From NCBI GenBank assembly GCA_039028615.1, contig JBCCHT010000001.1:96001-160000 (forward strand): a DNA stretch of 64,000 nt, read 5' to 3'. Below are positions 22,839 through 31,364 of this stretch, one piece after another. Each line of letters opens with the position of its first letter. Positions within the stretch are counted from its first letter, which is position 1. The translations under genes were made by a program, and so were the position numbers. The notes below the pieces were generated by a model, which was given only the letters and a program-made list of their open reading frames with translations, was not told where the DNA came from and did not search any database. The stretch is from Myxococcota bacterium (GTDB taxonomy: Bacteria > Myxococcota_A > Polyangia > Nannocystales > Nannocystaceae).

Positions 22839-23437
22839 GCACCTGGACCTATGCCATCGACGAGCCCGGCATCGGGCGACTCGCGATGCGTCCCCTCGCC
22901 CTCCCCGAAGACCTGCCCATCGTTCACGACTGGGTGCGACGCGACTACGCCCGCTTCTGGGGGCTCACACACTCCACCCTCGAAGAGGTCGCGCAGACCT
23001 ACCGCGCCATCACCAGCACCTCGAACGTCCATGTCTTCCTCGGACATCGCAACGGTGTGCCCGCGTTCTTGGTGGAGTGCTATCGCCCCTTCTCGAGCGA
23101 GCTGGCCGCGCTCTACGAGGCCAACCCGGGTGATCGAGGCATGCACGTGCTGCTCGCTCCTCCCCGGAACCCGGTGCACGGATTCTCTCGGGCAGTCTTT
23201 CGCCTGATCCTCGAGTATTCGTTCTCCGATCCGGACGCCGACCGCATGGTCGTCGAGCCCGACGTTCGCAACACCAAGATTCGCGCCCTCAACCGCGCCC
23301 ACGGTTTTCGCGAGGTCGGCACCATCGCGGTGCCCGTCACCGCCACCGCCCCCGGCAAGACCGCGATGTTGTCGCTGTGTACCCGGGGTGACTTCGAACG
23401 AGCATCGGCTGCACGAACGGAGCTGCGCAATGTTTGA
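22835..23437 (+). CDS. GNAT N-acyltransferase (DesC/AlcB/IucB-like)
   Basis: HDWV..YARFWG, GDRGMHVLLAP, RMVVEPDVRN. Confidence 0.9.
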   Translation: MSTWTYAIDEPGIGRLAMRPLALPEDLPIVHDWVRRDYARFWGLTHSTLEEVAQTYRAITSTSNVHVFLGHRNGVPAFLVECYRPFSSELAALYEANPGDRGMHVLLAPPRNPVHGFSRAVFRLILEYSFSDPDADRMVVEPDVRNTKIRALNRAHGFREVGTIAVPVTATAPGKTAMLSLCTRGDFERASAARTELRNV

Positions 23438-25241
23438 TCCCCCATCCCCCGAGCGTCACGGTGCCGAGCACCTCCAGCCCGGCACCTGGGTCCGCGTGAC
23501 CCGAGCCCATATCGCCAAGATGTTGGGAGAGTTCGCCCATGAGCGGCTGATCGAGCCCGTACCGGTCGGCACGGCCGGGACGACTCCCGAGAGCTACCTC
23601 GTCGATGCGGACGAGGGCGACGTCGTGTACCGCTTCACGGCCACCCGCTGGGCGCTCGATCACTGGCGTGTCGACCCCGATTCGATCGAGCGTCACCAAG
23701 GCGGTGAACCGACCCCGCTCGACTCGCCCGCGTTCGTGATGGACTTCCGGGCCTCGCTCGGCCTCGCCGAGGACGTGCTGGGGCCCTACCTGGAGGAGCT
23801 GTGCGCGGGCCTCTACGCGGACGCCTACAAGTGGGAATACCAGCGGGCCACCGCGGCCCAACTCGCGGGGGCGTCGTTCCAGGAGCTCGAGGCCGCGATG
23901 ACGGCGGGACACCCCTGCTTCGTCGCCAACGCCGGCCGGCTCGGATTCGACGTCCAGGACTACCGCGACTACGCCCCGGAAACCGGCGCACGACTACGCC
24001 TGGTATGGCTGGCCGCACGCCGCACCCGCGCGACCCTGTCGACGGTCTCGGGGCTCGACGAGGACGGCCTCTACGACCACGAGCTGGGGACGACGGCGCG
24101 ACGGCGACTCGAACGAGCCCTGCTCGACCGCGGCCTCGACCCTAGCGACTACCTGCTGTTCCCCGTTCACCCGTGGCAGTGGTGTAACCGCCTGTCGATC
24201 ACCCTCGCCGCCGAGATCGCCCGCCAGGACCTCGTATTCGTCGGCCAGAGCGAGGATCTGTACCAGCCCCAGCAGAGCATCCGCACGATGTTCAACGTGA
24301 GCGCCCCGCGACGGCACTACGTCAAGTCGGCGCTGAGCATCGTCAACCTGGGGTTCGTCCGCGGGCTCTCGCCCTACTACATGGAGGGGACCCCCGCCAT
24401 CAACCAGTGGGTCCACGAGCTGGTGAGCCGAGACATCACCCTGCAACGCTTCGGCTTCGGCGTCCTCCGAGAGCTCGCCGCAATCGGATACCGCGTACCG
24501 ACCCTGGAGCGGGCGCTCCCCCCGAGCAGTCATCACAACAAGATGCTCGCTTCGCTGTGGCGCGAGAGCCCCTTCGCCCGCATCGACGGCGAGGCTCGTC
24601 TGCTCACGATGGCGGCGCTGCTGCACGTCGACCGTGACGGGGACGCCCTGCTCCCGCACTTGATCGCGCGCTCGGGGCACGACGCCGAGACGTGGCTGCG
24701 GTCGTACCTGCGGGCCTACCTGAGCCCGCTGCTGCACTGCTTCTACGCCCACCGCCTGGTGTTCATGCCACACGGGGAGAACCTGATCCTGGTGCTCCAG
24801 GATGGCCTCCCCACCGGGGTTCTGCTCAAGGACATTGCCGAGGAAGTGGCGCTGCTCGGGAACGGTGATCACCTGCCTTCCGCGGTACGGCGCATCGCCA
24901 TCGAAGTCGACGAGTCGCTGCACTTGCTGTCGATCTTCACCGACGTGTTCGACTGCTTCTTCCGCTTCCTCGCGCCGCTGGCCGCCACCCACTGCGACGT
25001 GCCCCAAGGGCGCTTCTGGGGCCTGGTGGGGGCCACGGTTCGCGAGTACCAGACGCAGCACCCCGAGCACGCCGCGCGCTACGAGCAGTTCGACCTCTTC
25101 GCCCCCGCGTTCCGTCGCTCGTGCCTCAACCGGCTACAGCTTCGCAATGCCCAGCAGATGATCGACCTGGGCGATCCGGCGGCGAACCTCCAGTTCGAAG
25201 GCGAGCTGGTCAATCCCCTGGCGGGAACCAAGATCCGATGA
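23430..25241 (+). CDS. NIS siderophore synthetase, IucA/IucC family (DesD/AlcC-like), copy 2
   Basis: MTAGHPCFVANAGRLGF, PVHPWQW, QQSIRT, FMPHGEN, SCLNRLQLRN. Confidence 0.93.
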   Translation: MFDPPSPERHGAEHLQPGTWVRVTRAHIAKMLGEFAHERLIEPVPVGTAGTTPESYLVDADEGDVVYRFTATRWALDHWRVDPDSIERHQGGEPTPLDSPAFVMDFRASLGLAEDVLGPYLEELCAGLYADAYKWEYQRATAAQLAGASFQELEAAMTAGHPCFVANAGRLGFDVQDYRDYAPETGARLRLVWLAARRTRATLSTVSGLDEDGLYDHELGTTARRRLERALLDRGLDPSDYLLFPVHPWQWCNRLSITLAAEIARQDLVFVGQSEDLYQPQQSIRTMFNVSAPRRHYVKSALSIVNLGFVRGLSPYYMEGTPAINQWVHELVSRDITLQRFGFGVLRELAAIGYRVPTLERALPPSSHHNKMLASLWRESPFARIDGEARLLTMAALLHVDRDGDALLPHLIARSGHDAETWLRSYLRAYLSPLLHCFYAHRLVFMPHGENLILVLQDGLPTGVLLKDIAEEVALLGNGDHLPSAVRRIAIEVDESLHLLSIFTDVFDCFFRFLAPLAATHCDVPQGRFWGLVGATVREYQTQHPEHAARYEQFDLFAPAFRRSCLNRLQLRNAQQMIDLGDPAANLQFEGELVNPLAGTKIR

Positions 25242-26317
25242 GCCCCGCCGTCCCCAAGAAGCGGCGCCGGGTGGTCGCGATCGATATCGGTCGCGGCTCG
25301 GCCGTCATCGGCATGGCCATGGTCCATACCCTGTGGATGTACGGCGACATCGCCACGCAGCGGGACTCCTGGCTGGGCGTGCTGCTGCACCTGATGGGCA
25401 AGGCGACCACCCTGTTCCTTGTCGCGATGGGCTTTTCGTACATGCTCTCGCGGCGCCAGGATCTGGCCGGCTCCATTCGTCGCGGGCTGAGCATCTTGCT
25501 GCTCGGCTACGCGATGAACTTCCTCAAGTTCGTGGTGCCGATCGGGCTGGGCACGATGCCGGACGCGTTCATTGCCGCCTACGGCTGGTCGTCGCCCCTG
25601 TCCCCGGCTCAGTACCTGCACCTGGTGCTCACGGGGGACATCTTGCAGCTCGCCGGGCTCGCGCTGATCGGCATGGGCCTCGTCCGACGGTTCACCCCGA
25701 GCAAGCCGGCCCTGCTCGCCTGGGCCGCGTTCTTCGCCTGGGGCAGTCACCTGGTCCGCGGGCTTCGACTCGGCGTTCCGGGCGTGGACTACGGGCTCGA
25801 CCTGTTGTGGGGCACCGAGTTCAACGTGTACTTCCCTCTGTTCCCCTGGTTCGCACCGATCCTGACGGGGATGTTCTTCGGGGCGTGGTACCTCGAAGAC
25901 GGTCGCGACGACGATCGGCTCTTTCGCCGCATGCTGTGGCTGGGCTTGGCCCTGCTGCCCGCGGGCGTCGTGCTGTCGTTGCTCGACCCGACCACACATT
26001 TCGCCGACTTCTTCCATATGGGGGCGGGTGGCATGACCTACTTGGTGGGCCTCAACCTGGTGGCCGCCTGGGTCTTCCACCGCATCGATGCACCGCGCCG
26101 CCTGCCGCGTACCTTCGGGGTCATCCGCTACTTCAGCACGCGGGTCACCACCATGTACGTCGTGCAGTGGGTCACGATCTGCTGGGGCATGGGACTGGTC
26201 GGGTACCAGACCCTGGGCGTCGGCGGAGTCTTGGTTGCCATCGCCGCCGTGCTGCCGCTGACGGTCGTCATCGACCGGGGTCTCGATCGATGGATCGAGC
26301 GCCCCTCGAGGACCTGA
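25238..26317 (+). CDS. HGSNAT-like (DUF1624) membrane acyltransferase
   Basis: VAIDIGRGSAVIGMAMVH, GDILQLAG, FPLFPW motifs; multi-TM; ATGA-coupled. Confidence 0.75.
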   Translation: MSPAVPKKRRRVVAIDIGRGSAVIGMAMVHTLWMYGDIATQRDSWLGVLLHLMGKATTLFLVAMGFSYMLSRRQDLAGSIRRGLSILLLGYAMNFLKFVVPIGLGTMPDAFIAAYGWSSPLSPAQYLHLVLTGDILQLAGLALIGMGLVRRFTPSKPALLAWAAFFAWGSHLVRGLRLGVPGVDYGLDLLWGTEFNVYFPLFPWFAPILTGMFFGAWYLEDGRDDDRLFRRMLWLGLALLPAGVVLSLLDPTTHFADFFHMGAGGMTYLVGLNLVAAWVFHRIDAPRRLPRTFGVIRYFSTRVTTMYVVQWVTICWGMGLVGYQTLGVGGVLVAIAAVLPLTVVIDRGLDRWIERPSRT

Positions 26318-26361
26318 TCGACCTTCGCCGATGTTTGCGTCGTTCACCATCGCCCTCCCCT

Positions 26362-26398
26362 CGGGGCGGCCCCGGCGGGGAGAGCCGGGGCCGCCCCG
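26362..26398. terminator. perfect 15-bp GC stem-loop within the operon
   Basis: CGGGGCGGCCCCGGC-GGGGAGA-GCCGGGGCCGCCCCG; no U-tract. Confidence 0.5.
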
Positions 26399-26419
26399 CG
26401 GGCCGACGACGAACCCGCC

Positions 26420-26695
26420 ATGAGCCGCCCCCGCTCCCTCGCACGCCAGGCCGTGTCCTGCCTGACCGTGTCGCTGTTGTTCGCCTTGGTGGTGGTCAGC
26501 GGCGCCACCCAGTACCTGCCCCCCGGTGCCGCGAACATCGACCACGTGGTCGTGCCGCTGGTGGCCTTCCCGCTCGTGTGGGTCGCGTTCGCGACCTACA
26601 CCTTCGGAGCCCGGGATCGACGCCGAGCGTGGCTGGTGGCAACCGCGATCACGATGGTCCACGCCGCCTTCATCGCTCATGGAGTCTCGTCATGA
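26420..26695 (+). CDS. small 3-TM membrane protein (partner of PepSY-TM reductases)
   Basis: 91 aa hydrophobic ORF coupled by ATGA to the PepSY gene. Confidence 0.65.
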   Translation: MSRPRSLARQAVSCLTVSLLFALVVVSGATQYLPPGAANIDHVVVPLVAFPLVWVAFATYTFGARDRRRAWLVATAITMVHAAFIAHGVSS

Positions 26696-28281
26696 GCCCC
26701 CCGCCCGTCAGCCCGCGCAAGCGCCTGTACCTGCTGCACCGCTGGATCGGCCTGGTCGTCGGCAGCCTGGGCGCACTCGTGCTGTTCAGCGGTACCTTGG
26801 CGATCTTCGCCGCCGAGCTCCGCGAGTGGTCCGTGCGCGAGCCACTGAGGCCGCCCGCGATCGATGCCCCCGGGTTCGACCTCGATCGAATCCATCGCTC
26901 CGTCGTCGAGGATCTCGATCCGCCGCTGCATCACCACGTCGACTTCGTGCAAGACGCGGGAGGGCTGCTCCAGGTCACCGCGCTGAACCCAGAGACCGGC
27001 ACCGGCGTTGCCGTCGACTTCGACCCCGCCACCCTCGAAACCATCGAACGCCACGAGGGCCCCGCCTCCGAGTTCCACCCGGCCGATCCCCGTGACGCGC
27101 TGGTCGACTTCGTGATCGACCTGCACGTGTTCTTGTCGATCCCCGGCGCCCTCGGGCTACTGACGACCGGGATGGTCGGGCTGGGCCTGCTGATCTCGTT
27201 GGTCTCGGGCTTCGTCGCGCACAGCCCCACGTGGGCCAAGATGAAGCGCGCGCCTCGGACCCGGCGGTCGCGGCTGTGGTTCGGCGATTGGCACACGCTG
27301 GTCGGCACCTGGACCCTCCCCTTTGCCCTGGTCCTCGCGACCACGGGCGCGTTCTTCTCGATGTCCTCCATCGTGCTGCGCCCCGCGATCTCCATGAGTG
27401 CCTTTCACGGGGATCCGAACGCGCTGGTTCAGGCCCTCATCGCCACCCCCGTGCCGCCCCCCGGCCCCGGCCAGGCGAGCCTCGACCCCATGCTTCGCGA
27501 CGCGCTCTCCCGCAACGAGCGGGCGCAGCTGCGGCGGGTACAGCTGCGCGACTGGGGAACGCCCGAAGCCCGCGCCACCCTGACGCTCGAGACGGAACAC
27601 TGGACCGGCGATACCCGGCATGTGCTGACCTACGACGGACACGAGGGGCAGATCCTCCGCGACCACCCCTACCTGGGCTCGACCCCTTCGTTCGGGGGCC
27701 GCGTGCTTCACCTCGTCGATGAGCTGCACTTCGGCACGCTGCTCGGGCTCCCGACCAAGCTGCTGTGGTTCCTCTCGGGCCTGGCCCTGTGCGGGGTCGC
27801 GAGCGCGGGCCTGTTGGTCTTCGTGTCCCGCCAGCGCGACCCGTCCGCTCTCGTCACCCGAGTCATGAGAGGCCTGGCCGTCGCGACCTCGGTCGGGCTC
27901 CCCGTCGCCGTGGTCCTCGGGACCGCGGGATGGGCGTTGGCGTGCACTACGGGCGCATGGCCCCCGGCGACCGCGGTCCGGGTCGGGTTCTTCGCCGGCC
28001 TGGCGTTCATGGGCGTCGTGGGCATTCGCTGGGCCCTGCGCCCCGCCTTGCTCGGAGCCACCATCGCCAGCGGCATCGCCCTGTGCACGATGCCGCTGTG
28101 GGCGCTGTTGGCCAACGGCGGTCCGTCGGCGGTGATGCGAGCAGAGACGGGCACCATGCTCGTCGACGTGGCGTGGTGGATCGCGGGGCTCGGCATGGTC
28201 GCGTGCGCCGGGCGGGCTATGGCTCGCCGACGAGCGAGAGCAGCAACGCATCGCGGGCCTCGACCAGCTTCTTCGACGTGA
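26692..28281 (+). CDS. PepSY-associated TM-helix protein (ferrisiderophore reductase-like)
   Basis: LHRWIGL, DLHVFL, DWHTLVG, ELHFG conserved His helices. Confidence 0.88.
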   Translation: MSPPPVSPRKRLYLLHRWIGLVVGSLGALVLFSGTLAIFAAELREWSVREPLRPPAIDAPGFDLDRIHRSVVEDLDPPLHHHVDFVQDAGGLLQVTALNPETGTGVAVDFDPATLETIERHEGPASEFHPADPRDALVDFVIDLHVFLSIPGALGLLTTGMVGLGLLISLVSGFVAHSPTWAKMKRAPRTRRSRLWFGDWHTLVGTWTLPFALVLATTGAFFSMSSIVLRPAISMSAFHGDPNALVQALIATPVPPPGPGQASLDPMLRDALSRNERAQLRRVQLRDWGTPEARATLTLETEHWTGDTRHVLTYDGHEGQILRDHPYLGSTPSFGGRVLHLVDELHFGTLLGLPTKLLWFLSGLALCGVASAGLLVFVSRQRDPSALVTRVMRGLAVATSVGLPVAVVLGTAGWALACTTGAWPPATAVRVGFFAGLAFMGVVGIRWALRPALLGATIASGIALCTMPLWALLANGGPSAVMRAETGTMLVDVAWWIAGLGMVACAGRAMARRRARAATHRGPRPASST

Positions 28282-29713
28282 TCGCCCGGCGCACGATCGC
28301 CGCCGCCTGCTCCCGAGCCACGGCGGGCCGACCCCGCAGCCGCGGCATCCACTGCGACTCGACGGCTGCCAGCCGCTCCCGCTGCGTGCCCTCGAGCCCC
28401 TCCAGCCACGCCGAGAACTCGGCCACCTCGGCATCGACGGGAGTCGCCTCCGGCTTCGCCGACTCGACCACCGCGTCGGGCCCCAGGGTCACGACACGAA
28501 CGAGCCGGCTCCACATGCGTCGCGCCGACAGCTCCATGCTCCCCGTGTCCCGATGCCGCAGGTCATGGGCCAGCGTGAGCACATGGGCCACGCGGGCGGT
28601 ATCCGGTCGGGTCAGCGCCCACGCGGCCGCACGCGCGAGCATGGAATCCGAGGACGAGGGCACCGCCTCCGGCCCATCCCATCCGAGCTCGGCACAGCGT
28701 CGCACGACGCGTCGCCGATGCTCTTCGTCCACTGCGGCAGGCTCGATCGCCACGCGGAGCAGCGCCAGCGCCTCGACCACGGGCGGCGGCGGATCGTCAC
28801 TGCAGCGCTCGATCGCCCATCGCATCAGGTCCCGTCGACCCCACGGACCATGCTCGGGCAGCCGCGCCACCAGGTCCACCGGTCCGGGCATGCCCGTGGT
28901 CCAGTGACCGCTCTTCGCATCGAGCGACAGGCCGGGGACGACCTTGCGCCCCTTCTTGCCGTCGAGGTCGGCCTGCACCTGCGCGACGATGGCCTCGATG
29001 ACCGCCATGTCGTCGGTGGCGCGCAGCACCCCGCGGTAGGTCGCCCACTCGTTGTAGGTCCACGGATGGCCTCGGCCCTGCAGCGCGGCCCAGTGCTCGG
29101 ACCACGAGGCTTCGCGTCGGGTGGCGCCGCGAGCCGACTGCAGCGAGTCGATGCGACGGCTGACCTTGCGCGGCTCGATGCTCTCGAGCCCTTGCTGCAC
29201 CGCGGCGAAGAACGACTCGAGCCAGCGACCGAAGCTGGGCTCGGCATCCCATAGCGGCTCGCCGTCGGCGCGCGGCTCGTGGCACACGCTGTCCTGGTGG
29301 TAGGTGCCGACGCCGAGCTCACCTGCGTCGCGAAACCGACGGTCGAGCGCGTACGCGCCGTCGAGGTCCCCGCGCATGGTGGCGAAGACCAGCCACCGCC
29401 CGCCCTGGGCCACACCCGCGCTCTCCTCGGACAACGCGTGTAGATGGTTGTCGAAGAGCCCCGCTGCATCCTCCATGAGCAGCCCGCTCGTCGAGCGCCC
29501 CCAGCCGGGGAATTCGCCCCAGAAGTCGGGATAGTGCACCAAGCCGTGGCTGGACAGCAGCTGTCGGAGGCTCGGCGGGAGCACGAAACCGGCGGCCCAT
29601 AGCGTCTCCTCGTACTCGCCGACGTCGATGGGCACGATCTGGACGAGCTCGGCCAGCCGCGGGTTGAACGACCGTTGCAGCCAATCCAGGTGCGCAACGA
29701 GAGGGTCCGACAC
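28217..29713 (-). CDS. protein with N-terminal SMI1/KNR4 (SUKH)-like domain and helical C-terminus
   Basis: IDVGEYEETLWAAGFVLPPSLRQLL resembles the SUKH E..LG..LP..Y..FL start; WLVFA..GD..YALD. Confidence 0.5.
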   Translation of the reverse strand: MSDPLVAHLDWLQRSFNPRLAELVQIVPIDVGEYEETLWAAGFVLPPSLRQLLSSHGLVHYPDFWGEFPGWGRSTSGLLMEDAAGLFDNHLHALSEESAGVAQGGRWLVFATMRGDLDGAYALDRRFRDAGELGVGTYHQDSVCHEPRADGEPLWDAEPSFGRWLESFFAAVQQGLESIEPRKVSRRIDSLQSARGATRREASWSEHWAALQGRGHPWTYNEWATYRGVLRATDDMAVIEAIVAQVQADLDGKKGRKVVPGLSLDAKSGHWTTGMPGPVDLVARLPEHGPWGRRDLMRWAIERCSDDPPPPVVEALALLRVAIEPAAVDEEHRRRVVRRCAELGWDGPEAVPSSSDSMLARAAAWALTRPDTARVAHVLTLAHDLRHRDTGSMELSARRMWSRLVRVVTLGPDAVVESAKPEATPVDAEVAEFSAWLEGLEGTQRERLAAVESQWMPRLRGRPAVAREQAAAIVRRAITSKKLVEARDALLLSLVGEP

Positions 29714-30012
29714 CCAACCAGAGTACACGTGTCATCGGCGGCCCGGCTGCGGACAATGAGAGAGCCGACGGGGCCACGCCGTGGGCCCGAAACGCGATTT
29801 TCGTTCGGCTCACCGCGATGCCCACCAATTTCTCCTCCTCGGCCTCGGACTCGAGGGCCCATGATTCCGCGCCCGCACACGAGTCGTCGGCAGGCTGGCA
29901 TCGCGCGCCATGCGCTGCGCGGGTTCGACCGAGAATTCGCGATCGGTTTCCCAGCGTCCCCGTGGCCCTGCGTCGTCGCTGGGACGCCGGTCGGCGTGGT
30001 ACCACCAAGGCG

Positions 30013-30648
30013 GTGGCAAAGGGCCGCAACGACGTGGCGCTGGTGGAGGCCGCGCTGCAAGGGCAGCCGGGTGCACGCCGTCGTCTCGCCAACCGCCTGC
30101 TCGATGCGATTCACCGCGAGATCGCGATCTCGGTGCTGCGCTGGGCCGGCCGTAGCGGCCACGACCATCACCAAGAGATCAACGATCTGGTCCAGGAAGT
30201 CCTCGTGGCACTGTTCGAGCACGACGCCCGAGAGCTCCGCCGTTGGGACCCGAAGCGGGGCCGAAGCCTGGAGAGCTTCGTCGCGTTGGTCGCCCGTCGC
30301 CGCGCCTCGAGGGTGCTCGGCCGCGGTTACCGAGACCCGGTCGATCTACCGAGCGAGGAGCCCCCGGAGACTCCGGACGATGCGTCGCTGGTCGATCGCC
30401 TCGAGCAACGCGCGGAGCTGGGGGCCGTGCTGCGCATGCTCTACGCCCAGATGAACCCGCGGGACATGGAGCTGTTCGACCTGCTCTTCGTACAGGGACT
30501 CGACCCGGCGGAGGTCGCCTCGCGCCTCGACATCTCGCGGGGCGCGGTCAATGCCTGGTCGTACCGCACGCGCAAGCTCGCCCGGACGCTCGTGCGCGCA
30601 CGCCTCGATTCCGACTCGAACACGAACGTGGAGGCCCGCCATGGGTGA
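30013..30648 (+). CDS. ECF sigma factor
   Basis: DLVQEVLVALF, RWDPKRGRSLESFV (region 2); LFVQGLDPAEVASRLDISRGAV (region 4 HTH). Confidence 0.88.
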   Translation: MAKGRNDVALVEAALQGQPGARRRLANRLLDAIHREIAISVLRWAGRSGHDHHQEINDLVQEVLVALFEHDARELRRWDPKRGRSLESFVALVARRRASRVLGRGYRDPVDLPSEEPPETPDDASLVDRLEQRAELGAVLRMLYAQMNPRDMELFDLLFVQGLDPAEVASRLDISRGAVNAWSYRTRKLARTLVRARLDSDSNTNVEARHG

Positions 30649-31363
30649 CGAGCTACTCCGTGCCCTGGGTGCACACGAGCGCGACGATGGGCCCGCCGAG
30701 GCGCTCGAGGACCTCGCGCCCCTGAGCGACGACGATCGGACCTCGATCCTCGAGGGGGCGTTCGGCCAGCTCGAAGACGAGCCCAGTGTCGACGAAGCAC
30801 CCGCGGCCGCGCCGATTTCCTTGGAGCAGCGCCGTCGACCCAACATCGCCATCGCGATCGTGGGCGCGGTGCTGGCCGTCGCGGCTGCCGTCGTGCTGTG
30901 GCGCGCGAGCGGCCCGAGCACACCGACGGCGGCGCCACTGGTCGCCGCCCTACCCTCGTACTCCATTCGTCAGCTGCACGCGGGCGCCAAGGAGCTCCGC
31001 GCCGAGGCCGACCGCGTCCCCAGCACGATCACCACGACGGCCGACGGACCCCTCGACCTGGTCATCGCCCCGCAGGCCCCCGCGTCGGGGGAGGTCGCCA
31101 TCGCCATCATCGCGCGTCAGCCGAGCGGCGAGGTGGTCGCGCAACGACTCACGAACGGCGTACAGGTCTCCGAGGACGGCTCGATTCGATTGAAGGGTCG
31201 ATGGAGCGATTTCATCACGCTGTCCGCCGGCTCCTGGTCGGTGCAGCTGGTGGTGGGACGACCCATGTCATTGCCCACCGATCCCGAGGCGCTCGCCCGA
31301 GCCGCCCCCAAAGAGGACTGGCGAACCATGGCCGTGCAGGTGAACATCGTGTCCACCCGCTGA
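30641..31363 (+). CDS. putative single-pass anti-sigma factor
   Basis: Overlaps sigma stop; acidic N-terminal domain, TM IAIVGAVLAVAAAVVLW, beta-rich extracytoplasmic domain. Confidence 0.7.
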   Translation: MGDELLRALGAHERDDGPAEALEDLAPLSDDDRTSILEGAFGQLEDEPSVDEAPAAAPISLEQRRRPNIAIAIVGAVLAVAAAVVLWRASGPSTPTAAPLVAALPSYSIRQLHAGAKELRAEADRVPSTITTTADGPLDLVIAPQAPASGEVAIAIIARQPSGEVVAQRLTNGVQVSEDGSIRLKGRWSDFITLSAGSWSVQLVVGRPMSLPTDPEALARAAPKEDWRTMAVQVNIVSTR

Positions 31364-31364
31364 T

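Noticed and set aside
14569..25241. Nannochelin or aerobactin-type citrate-hydroxamate pathway (two NIS enzymes plus methyltransferase)
   Set aside because: Both synthetases look DesD/AlcC-like rather than an IucA + IucC pair, and a decarboxylase would remove the lysine carboxyl that nannochelins retain; not fully excluded without phylogeny
25333..26691. N-terminal 450 aa of the 982-aa ORF as a PepSY fusion
   Set aside because: Out-of-frame overlap with the acyltransferase and small membrane genes; the real start is ATG 26692
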